Source: Cellulophaga phage phi3:1. Taken from it: 32,000 nt of DNA. The notes beneath the pieces are model-generated. The model searched no databases. It saw only the letters and a list, made by a program, of their open reading frames with translations, and was not told the DNA's origin. Made by a program: the position numbers and the translations under genes. Where the stretch lies: sequence record KC821630.1, one strand, 5' to 3'. This document shows positions 25,528 to 32,000 of this stretch, piece by piece (within the stretch, counting starts at the first letter, position 1; each line of letters begins with the position of its first letter).

Positions 25528-26754
25528 TTAAAACGGCACATCATCTTCATCAGTAATTGTCTTGCCAGCACTTGCTCCTATTGCAGGAGACGGCGTATCA
25601 TCAACGTTCTCGCTTCCATGGTACTTGACATAATAATTTTGTATTCCATTGCTCATCTTTTTGTTAACAGCGTGCTTGCTTAGCGCTTTACCTAAAGGAG
25701 AAGCTCTCATCTTATTATTAAAAGATGGAACGTTAAGAATTATTTTTTGCATAATCTCAGAAGTAGATAAAGGCTGTGATTTCTTTTTCTTAACCGGAAA
25801 AGTAAAGTACCTTAATAAAAGCTCTTCTTCTATGCTCATTGACCTAAACTCTTCATTTTGATTATTTATCTCTTTAATCTCATCAGTATCAAACCAATGT
25901 CTATATCCTTCTTTGTAAAGATGAAAAACCTGTGCCCATAACTTATTTGAATTGAGACCATGCATGTAATTAATATCATTAACTTTAAATACTAACCATC
26001 TTCTGTTTCCTGTAATATCGCTCAAGAACTTGTCTTCGTTAACAGAACCCAGGAAACTTGCTCTTCTCGAAAAGTGAGAAGTGTATCTTCCAAAAGCTTT
26101 TCTAGCTGATATACGTTGTCTAGTTATATATGATTTAATAGCTCCAATATCGTTACTCTTTAATGTTTCAAGTTCATCTAAATGTATAAACCAATACTGA
26201 CTTAAATATATAGTATGGTCTTTGTTCCTAGTGTCTATGTTTCCTTCATAAAGATACTCAGACTGAAATTGCTTTGGCAACAAAGAACGCATCCATCTGG
26301 TCTTACCTACACCTTGCTTTGATTGAAACACTAAACAAACATCATTCACTGAATCTGTATTAAGCAAGCAATCAAGAGTACCAACTAAGAAACGCTCCAA
26401 AGTGCTTCTAAAATATTTCGGATTATCTGTTTTAATAGTATCAGCAAACTTACCAATATAATCAACTCCTTCATCCCACTTCTTTAAATCGTCAAAGTAT
26501 TCTTCAAAAGGATTGTAATCCGGCGAAAAATCCATGGACTCTATGAATATGTTTACTTTATCAGTAGCTACTTCTATATGCTCTTGCATAAGCTCAAGCA
26601 GTATAGAATTCTTTACTCTATCGTCATATTTTTCCCACTTTAGTTTTTTCTTCTTTTTAGAAAATTCGTAGAAACTAGTAACAACATTGAAACGAAAAAC
26701 ATACTTTGAAGAAATATAGTTGAATGCATTACTATTTTTCCCGTTGAATTTCAT
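25528..26754 (-). CDS. VirE-family (virulence-associated E) P-loop ATPase/primase-helicase
   Basis: VFQSKQGVGKTRWMRSLLP, WFIHLDELETLKSND, ITRQRISARKAFGR, RRASFLGSVNEDKFLSDITGNRRWLVF; C-terminus TDEDDVPF. Confidence 0.8.
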   Translation of the reverse strand: MKFNGKNSNAFNYISSKYVFRFNVVTSFYEFSKKKKKLKWEKYDDRVKNSILLELMQEHIEVATDKVNIFIESMDFSPDYNPFEEYFDDLKKWDEGVDYIGKFADTIKTDNPKYFRSTLERFLVGTLDCLLNTDSVNDVCLVFQSKQGVGKTRWMRSLLPKQFQSEYLYEGNIDTRNKDHTIYLSQYWFIHLDELETLKSNDIGAIKSYITRQRISARKAFGRYTSHFSRRASFLGSVNEDKFLSDITGNRRWLVFKVNDINYMHGLNSNKLWAQVFHLYKEGYRHWFDTDEIKEINNQNEEFRSMSIEEELLLRYFTFPVKKKKSQPLSTSEIMQKIILNVPSFNNKMRASPLGKALSKHAVNKKMSNGIQNYYVKYHGSENVDDTPSPAIGASAGKTITDEDDVPF

Positions 26755-26949
26755 TTATTTCTTTTTGGGTTGTTTTATTTGATGTTTTAAGCTTTGGTTG
26801 AATTGATTTTCAGTAATCTCCTCAACTACATTTTTTCTACTAACAACCCAAAATTTAAAATTATTATTAGTGGTAATAAGCTTTCTTCCGTCTTTTAAAA
26901 TAAATTCTTTTTCAACACTCTTCTCTTTAATAAAATTACCGTATTTCAT
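26755..26949 (-). CDS. Small hypothetical protein (64 aa)
   Basis: ORF immediately upstream of the VirE-like gene. Confidence 0.5.
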   Translation of the reverse strand: MKYGNFIKEKSVEKEFILKDGRKLITTNNNFKFWVVSRKNVVEEITENQFNQSLKHQIKQPKKK

Positions 26950-26972
26950 AATTGTAAATTTTGAGTTATTTT

Positions 26973-27995
26973 TTATTCAATATAATTATCAGCGATATTG
27001 ATTATTTTTTCAATTTTCTCGTCAATGTTGTGCTCTTGTTTAAAGTTTGCGAAATTGCGCTTCACCTGCTGCTGCTTAACTGAAAATCGTTGCTCAGCAT
27101 CATTGCCAAGATATTTATGAATAGCTTCAGTGCATAAGTTTCTAGCTATTTGAGGAAGTGTCACGATTACGTTAGCCTCACACTTTCTTTCACCTACGTT
27201 TTTTAAGTAGTCTTGAACATAGCTCATACTAAAATTTTTATGAGTAGGTGATGCTAAGTTTTTGTTTCCACCTGTAATTAAATTATCAATCCAAGTGAAT
27301 TTGTTTTTCATTATAAAATCGTAGTTTAATCCAAACCTGTCAATTATTAAGTTTTCAGGGTCATATCCTTCAACATCATCTTCCCAAGTTATGTTATTTA
27401 AGTCAGATAAATTTTTTCTTAAAAACTCACTAATTCTTAATCCATCAGGGTCGTGGTCACCGCAGTAAAGCAAAACACACTTCAAGCCCTGGTCTTCAGC
27501 TTCTTTGAATCTTCTAGCGTATTCAGCACGCTGTAACATTGATGACCAACCTTTGCTATTTGCTATCGGGATTTTATATTTTCTACATACTGGCTCAAAT
27601 AAGCTAATTAAATCGACTTTCTCAACAACCATTTGGATGTAATAAGTTTCATCTTTCCACCAGTTAACATCGTAGTTACTGTCGCAATTTAAAGACCAAT
27701 CTAGCCATTGCGCAAATTTTTCGTATATTGTTCTTCTGTCAGCTTCAACAATGCCTTCAAACTCTCTAGCTTTTTCCTCAGCCACAAAATCAATAGGAAG
27801 GAATCCTTTTTTTCTGCAATTGTTAATAAGAGTATTAACTTTATCAAATTGACTCTTATCAATCATACCTTGCTGTTCCATTATATAAGCCCATCCTCTT
27901 GAGCTTAATTTAAAACCAACTGTTCTGCTTAGCTGCATTAGAGTGTCTGAAAACTTAATCAGCTCTTTGTCGTTGTATCTAGCTTTTAATTCCAT
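26973..27995 (-). CDS. Topo VI-A/Spo11-like protein with TOPRIM motif, no B subunit seen
   Basis: Start MELKARYND at 27995 (the track start at 28016 is GTG); YKIPIANSKGWSS, CVLLYCGDHDPDGLRISEFLRKNL (TOPRIM DxDxxG), preceded by a helical wHTH-like region. Confidence 0.55.
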   Translation of the reverse strand: MELKARYNDKELIKFSDTLMQLSRTVGFKLSSRGWAYIMEQQGMIDKSQFDKVNTLINNCRKKGFLPIDFVAEEKAREFEGIVEADRRTIYEKFAQWLDWSLNCDSNYDVNWWKDETYYIQMVVEKVDLISLFEPVCRKYKIPIANSKGWSSMLQRAEYARRFKEAEDQGLKCVLLYCGDHDPDGLRISEFLRKNLSDLNNITWEDDVEGYDPENLIIDRFGLNYDFIMKNKFTWIDNLITGGNKNLASPTHKNFSMSYVQDYLKNVGERKCEANVIVTLPQIARNLCTEAIHKYLGNDAEQRFSVKQQQVKRNFANFKQEHNIDEKIEKIINIADNYIE

Positions 27996-28017
27996 AATAA
28001 ATGTTTTAATAAGCACT

Positions 28018-28078
28018 TTTAAAGCGGGGGCGTAGATACAAACAATATAGGGAAAGTTTAATAAACCCGCTTTAAAAT
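28018..28078 (-). promoter_or_regulatory. Long hairpin in the leader of the Topo VI-A-like gene
   Basis: 12-bp perfect arms TTTTAAAGCGGG (28018-28029) / CCCGCTTTAAAA (28067-28078). Confidence 0.5.
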
Positions 28079-28118
28079 TGTGCTATAATTTTTTTATGTA
28101 CTTGCAATATTATCTAAG

Positions 28119-28138
28119 TATCTACGTCTGCAAATATA
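28119..28138 (-). promoter_or_regulatory. Promoter core (copy P6) lacking the palindrome
   Basis: - strand TATATTTG (28131-28138) - CAGAC - GTAGATAC; no -33/palindrome match upstream. Confidence 0.5.
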
Positions 28139-28166
28139 TATAAAAATCTAAGAAATAATATAATTT

Positions 28167-29168
28167 TTATTTATTTTTTTTCTTAGCTGCTTTCTTAGCT
28201 GCTTTCTTAGCTGCTTTCTTTTCCTCCTTAGTTAATTCCTTGGACTCTTCGTTTTTGCTGCTCTTAGCTGCTTTCTTCTGCTTCTTAGAAGACTCTACTA
28301 CTTCCTCTTCAACTACATCCGTTTCATTTACAGCTTTAACGACTGAATCTGTAGCTCTCTCAATAAATGTAATGATATTGTTCACTATTTCAGATTCCTT
28401 CATTTTAGCATTAGCTGAAACTGGCATCTTGTGCTTGTTGATGTGCTTGATTAAGCCTTTAGCAGACATTCCTGATAAATGCTCTTCATACTCCTCAACA
28501 TCATCAAACTCCTCAACAGCTTGCATCACTAAAGCTAAATCATATTCAGGTAATTCAGGCTCCCCCGCTTCTTCAGCTTCAGCTTCTTCTTCAGCTTCAA
28601 CACTTTCAAGAGCGTCAACAATTAACTTAACAATTTCATCAGTTTCAAGTCCTTTAACTGAAATTTCTGATAAAGCTGGGTCATCATTAATAAACTCCTT
28701 AAGCTCTTTCTTAGTCATTTCACTTAAAGACTCAACAAGAGTAGGTTCGTTTTCAGTTTCCTCCTCTTCTTCAACTGTACTGCCTTCTTCGATTTTAGCA
28801 AGAATTTCGTCGTTAATCTCTTCAACGATTTGCTCAACAAAATAAACTTTTCCCGCAGATGCGTCTTTCATAACTAACGTGGCAGCTACTAAAGCTTTCC
28901 CAAAAATTCTAGGTCTTAGCGTTAAATCGCCGTTTCCTTCAATAGCTACCACAGCTTCCATGACGTCTTTATTTGTCATAAATGTTGCAGTAGTTGAATC
29001 TTCTTTAGCGAAGATAACATGCTTTAGAACTAACTCTTCTTCAAGGTTTGAAGCGTTTGATTTTTTAGCAATCAGCTTTTTTTCTATTGCAGTTGCGAAA
29101 GCGCCCAAGATTTGTTGGTCTTGTAATACTTCAACAATTGCATTTTTCAATTCGTCTTTACTCGGCAT
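28167..29168 (-). CDS. Acidic protein with Lys/Ala-rich histone-like C-terminal tail
   Basis: 333 aa; two HeH/SAP-like stretches (LSEMTKKELKEFIND..., LSGMSAKGLIKHINK...), tail KKAAKKAAKKAAKKKNK. Confidence 0.7.
   Translation of the reverse strand: MPSKDELKNAIVEVLQDQQILGAFATAIEKKLIAKKSNASNLEEELVLKHVIFAKEDSTTATFMTNKDVMEAVVAIEGNGDLTLRPRIFGKALVAATLVMKDASAGKVYFVEQIVEEINDEILAKIEEGSTVEEEEETENEPTLVESLSEMTKKELKEFINDDPALSEISVKGLETDEIVKLIVDALESVEAEEEAEAEEAGEPELPEYDLALVMQAVEEFDDVEEYEEHLSGMSAKGLIKHINKHKMPVSANAKMKESEIVNNIITFIERATDSVVKAVNETDVVEEEVVESSKKQKKAAKSSKNEESKELTKEEKKAAKKAAKKAAKKKNK
28181..28220 (-). repeat. 12-bp tandem repeat (~3.3 copies) encoding (KKAA)n
   Basis: TCTTAGCTGCTT repeated on the + strand. 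Confidence 0.85.
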
Positions 29169-29220
29169 TTTATATAATTTAAAAATTTTGCTTACTTGTT
29201 TAAGGCGTCAGCTTTCCTTT

Positions 29221-29403
29221 TTATTTTAAAGAGTAAACTATTACAAAAACATTAATACAAAAAGAAAATATAAGCATAACAGCAACGAAAGCGAAATACC
29301 TATTTTGTCTATTAACTTCTCTTTTTAAACCCATTAAACTAACGTGGTTTCCATAAGAATCTTCTTCTAATTGAATTATTCTCTGTTTATTACTTTTTAC
29401 CAT
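29221..29403 (-). CDS. Small single-TM protein (60 aa)
   Basis: Hydrophobic segment YFAFVAVMLIFSFCINVFVIVYSL. Confidence 0.5.
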   Translation of the reverse strand: MVKSNKQRIIQLEEDSYGNHVSLMGLKREVNRQNRYFAFVAVMLIFSFCINVFVIVYSLK

Positions 29404-29404
29404 T

Positions 29405-29695
29405 TTATTTGTTTTTAAGTGTGTCAGTTAAATTTATAGCGAACTTAAAAGCTTCATCAGCCTCTTTAGTTATGTGAATAGTTTTGTTAGTACTAATTAA
29501 CCAATACCTTAATTTCAACTTAACTTTAAATAAGTTAGTTCTTGAGCAGAAATGAACAACTACCTCGTTATCTTCTTTGTGTAGCTTAGTAATTTTTCTT
29601 CTAAAAAAAGCAATACTTGAATCATCGTTTTTTACCATTGATTCAATTAAGCATGCTGAATAAAATTTAATCTTAAAGTATTTAATTAGTTTCAT
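29405..29695 (-). CDS. Hypothetical protein (96 aa)
   Basis: ORF in operon context, 4-base overlap with the next gene. Confidence 0.55.
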   Translation of the reverse strand: MKLIKYFKIKFYSACLIESMVKNDDSSIAFFRRKITKLHKEDNEVVVHFCSRTNLFKVKLKLRYWLISTNKTIHITKEADEAFKFAINLTDTLKNK

Positions 29696-29943
29696 TTTTC
29701 TAGAGTTATTACATTAAACAAACAATCGTTATCCTTAGCTAACGTTCTTAGCGTGTTTTCAACTACACGACTAAGCCACTGAGAAGTTACGAATATATTT
29801 TCATGCGTTGTTAGTGCGATTACAACACTTTCAGGTAGATTTGAATGCAAAGAGCTGTTTAATTCAAGACTATTTCTTACGCTTGCTCTTAACAACGTCT
29901 TGCCGCTTGCTTGGTCTCCTACTAGGTAATATATCTTTTTCAT
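29692..29943 (-). CDS. Very small P-loop protein (83 aa)
   Basis: Walker A-like GDQASGKT. Confidence 0.5.
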   Translation of the reverse strand: MKKIYYLVGDQASGKTLLRASVRNSLELNSSLHSNLPESVVIALTTHENIFVTSQWLSRVVENTLRTLAKDNDCLFNVITLEK

Positions 29944-30238
29944 TTGTTTTGTTTTTACTTAAATACTTCAATTGTTTCTTAGCTAACTTCTTGTTAACCA
30001 TATTGTTTATCTTTCTACTGCTTAAAATGATTTCAAGAGCTTTCATTTGTATTTTAACATCAGCAGCTTCAAGGTAAACATCATTAAGCCTTTTCTTTTT
30101 ATCTAGTTTAGTTGGGCATTTTAGCTGCATGATTGCTAAAGCTAACTCAACGCATTCCTCAGCTACCTTATCAAAAGTACTATCATCTCCGTTTAACTTA
30201 ATAAGCTCTTTTATTATTTTAAGGTTCTTGTTTCTCAT
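29870..30238 (-). CDS. MazG-like nucleotide pyrophosphohydrolase
   Basis: FDKVAEECVELALAIMQLK...YLEAADVKIQMKALEIIL (ExxE...ExxD type layout). Confidence 0.5.
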   Translation of the reverse strand: MRNKNLKIIKELIKLNGDDSTFDKVAEECVELALAIMQLKCPTKLDKKKRLNDVYLEAADVKIQMKALEIILSSRKINNMVNKKLAKKQLKYLSKNKTNEKDILPSRRPSKRQDVVKSKRKK

Positions 30239-30392
30239 CAGTCACTAATATTACAGATTTAAAGTAACAACCCAATCCAATAAGACCTATACAGTACGAA
30301 AATTCATTGCTGGTTGCTTGATGATTTAGCGAATAAATAGCTGCTAAGATTAAAAGAAACCCAGTTATTAAAAGAAAAATTGATGTTTTCAT
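30219..30392 (-). CDS. Small membrane protein (57 aa)
   Basis: MKTSIFLLITGFLLILAAIYSLNHQATSNEFSYCIGLIGLGCYFKSVILVTDEKQEP; two hydrophobic stretches; below the track cut-off. Confidence 0.45.
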   Translation of the reverse strand: MKTSIFLLITGFLLILAAIYSLNHQATSNEFSYCIGLIGLGCYFKSVILVTDEKQEP

Positions 30393-30395
30393 GAT

Positions 30396-30848
30396 TTAAT
30401 TGTTTAAAAGTTGATAAATTTCTTGATTTCTAAACTCAATAGCATTAGGTATGTCGTCGCCAATTGCGTAAATTAAAACATAATCAATGTCTTCGTTAAA
30501 TTGAGAATCTTCAAGCAAGTCTAAAGCTGTGTCAGCGTCGTCAATCGTTTCAAATATTATTTGAGTAGTTTTATTTTTCACAATAACCTCATAAAAATCA
30601 TTTCCATCAGAGCATTCAACCATGTCTAGAAAATCATTTAAACTACCATCTTCAGTTTCTTCGATATAAGTATCGTAGTCACAAACTTCTTTTAAATGCT
30701 CAATAATCTGAACAGCAGTCATTTCATACAATTTAGCTGAGTCAGCGAATTCTCCTGCTGGTTGAATAGAAAGAATTAGATTTTCATTCGTATTATCAAT
30801 TAACTCTGATAATGTAATTTTTGATAAAGGTGTTGGTAAGTTTGACAT
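30396..30848 (-). CDS. Acidic hypothetical protein (150 aa)
   Basis: ORF starting 32 nt after promoter core P7. Confidence 0.65.
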   Translation of the reverse strand: MSNLPTPLSKITLSELIDNTNENLILSIQPAGEFADSAKLYEMTAVQIIEHLKEVCDYDTYIEETEDGSLNDFLDMVECSDGNDFYEVIVKNKTTQIIFETIDDADTALDLLEDSQFNEDIDYVLIYAIGDDIPNAIEFRNQEIYQLLNN

Positions 30849-30860
30849 AATATTGTTTTT

Positions 30861-30920
30861 TTAATTGTTATCTACTCAGCAAATATATAAACCTTTACTG
30901 GTTAAAAAAAACTTTTAAGC
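30861..30920 (-). promoter_or_regulatory. Promoter module (copy P7) with degenerate palindrome
   Basis: - strand TATATTTG (30880-30887) with conserved TTAATTGTTATCTACTCAG flank; the palindrome position reads AAAAAAACTTTTAAGC on the + strand. Confidence 0.6.
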
Positions 30921-30934
30921 AATTATTTTTAAAA

Positions 30935-31252
30935 TTATTTTATTAACCTATGTCCATAAGTCTCTTGTCTAATTCTAATATTGATTCTATGCGTTTCAGC
31001 CATTGGCAACTCTATTCTACTATAAACTCCGAATCTATTAAAGCTAAGTGTGCAAGATTTGTACGTGGTAATCACTTTTTCCCAAGGACATTGTGTATTT
31101 ACATCTCTTTTTCTCTTAACCTCAATTACTTTAATTGTAGGTCTTAAAGCGTCTAAAGTTCTTTTTTCAGCTTCAGTCATTGGTGACTTCTGATTATTTA
31201 AAGATTCAAATAAAGCTTTCTTTTGTCCGATTGTTAAAGATGAAATTTGCAT
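30935..31252 (-). CDS. Hypothetical protein (105 aa)
   Basis: ORF starting 32 nt after promoter P8. Confidence 0.6.
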   Translation of the reverse strand: MQISSLTIGQKKALFESLNNQKSPMTEAEKRTLDALRPTIKVIEVKRKRDVNTQCPWEKVITTYKSCTLSFNRFGVYSRIELPMAETHRINIRIRQETYGHRLIK

Positions 31253-31264
31253 GTTTTTATATAT

Positions 31265-31324
31265 TTAATTGTTATCTACTCAGCAAATATACAAGAACAT
31301 ATTGGTTATGCAAAACTTTTTGCA
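31265..31324 (-). promoter_or_regulatory. Promoter/operator module (copy P8)
   Basis: - strand TGCAAAAAGTTTTGCA (31309-31324) - 17 nt - TATATTTG (31284-31291) - CTGA - GTAGATAAC. Confidence 0.75.
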
Positions 31325-31358
31325 ATTATTTTTTATTTCTTTTTTGATCTGCCCTTGA

Positions 31359-32000
31359 TTAAATAGTTTTAAACTTAACTTTGTAGTCTTCATCAATATA
31401 AACTTTATCTCCTTTAATAGTTTTCATACTTTTAATGTAGTAAAGCTTCTCACTTTTAACTAAGCTAAATAAAACTCCAGAAGATTCTAATTGGAATTCT
31501 ACTTCCGATACACTATCATCAACCTCAAGGTAGTTTCTTATTTCGTGAGCTCTTAATCTATAACACTTCTTACCTTTAACACCAGCCTCAATAAGTTTAG
31601 AGAATTTATTTTGGTTGTCATTAATTTCCTCATCTCCAATGCTTTCAATTCTAAAGTGCCTAATGTTGCTTTTCATGCGCTTATCAGTGCGTTCATGCTT
31701 ACTTAGTGCTTTACCTAATCTAATCTTAGAAAGCTTGAGATTACTAGCGTCTAGTCCTCCTGAAAGCTTTAAAGTCTCTTCAAGCTCATGCATAACCTGA
31801 ACAGTTGACATATCTCGCCAGCTACGACTTTCAGTAGTTGCAAGTGTTACAAAATCAATAACCAGCTTCTCTTCAAAGCTTTCAGGAACAGATGAATTTT
31901 CGTCAAGCTTAGGGTTAAGCTTTATTCTTTCCTCTAGATCCTTTAGTGCTTTTGAGCTAAACAAAGTATCAGAAACCCACTCCTTTAAAAGTGCGCTATT
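31359..32000 (-). CDS. C-terminal fragment of a larger protein (right edge truncated), with a VirE-paralogous C-terminal segment
   Basis: Frame open to the window edge (NSALLKEWVSDTLFSSKALKDLEE...); the TTG at 31964 is probably internal; LSKIRLGKALSKHERTDKRM resembles ORF 25528. Confidence 0.6.
   Translation of the reverse strand, partial: NSALLKEWVSDTLFSSKALKDLEERIKLNPKLDENSSVPESFEEKLVIDFVTLATTESRSWRDMSTVQVMHELEETLKLSGGLDASNLKLSKIRLGKALSKHERTDKRMKSNIRHFRIESIGDEEINDNQNKFSKLIEAGVKGKKCYRLRAHEIRNYLEVDDSVSEVEFQLESSGVLFSLVKSEKLYYIKSMKTIKGDKVYIDEDYKVKFKTI

Noticed and set aside
18827-30077. + strand ORFs at 18827-19036, 19778-20026, 22674-22910, 24521-24967, 25649-25861, 27708-27902, 28240-28845, 28879-29229 and 29808-30077
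   Set aside because: Antisense to identified genes such as the clamp, queE, folE, VirE-like and TOPRIM genes. The long Ser/Thr-rich 28240-28845 ORF mirrors a Glu/Lys-rich gene.
1-32000. CRISPR arrays, tRNA genes, integrase or transposase
   Set aside because: None seen: the tandem repeats have no spacers and are in-frame coding repeats, no tRNA-like T-loop/acceptor pairing was noticed by eye, and no recombinase motifs were found. tRNAscan-SE/Aragorn would be needed to exclude tRNAs formally.

Overview
The window is part of a genome from a tailed, probably myovirus-like phage of Bacteroidota type: AT-rich, with TTTG/TAnnTTTG promoters and BT4734/VirE-type replication genes. From 1 to 11,080 the + strand carries a Mu-like contractile tail and baseplate operon. 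It holds a tail-tube fragment, a tail chaperone with a likely -1 frameshift, a tape measure protein, gp46/47/48-like proteins, two fibre-like proteins, and gp43/44/45-like proteins. From 11,067 to 32,000 the - strand carries early and replication genes. These are a VRR-NUC nuclease, an SSB-tailed protein, an SF2 helicase, a YqaJ-like exonuclease plus Rad52-like annealing protein, primase and VirE proteins, a sliding clamp, a Topo VI-A/Spo11-like TOPRIM protein, and a MazG-like protein. The main system is a near-complete 7-deazaguanine DNA modification set: folE, queD, queE, queC, a queF-like gene and a dpdA-like transglycosylase. It is interleaved with a ParB-like protein and a Cys-rich YkgJ-like protein. 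Early genes are served by repeated, nearly identical promoter modules in which a TGCAAAA-N2-TTTTGCA palindrome overlaps the -33 element. Other unusual signals are a possible A_AAA_AAC frameshift extending the exonuclease, an 18-bp repeat translated in two frames, Lys-rich repeat tails on several proteins, SSB-like acidic tips on two proteins, and clamp-motif-like C-termini next to a phage-encoded clamp. All family assignments come from reading motifs by eye; no database search was run.
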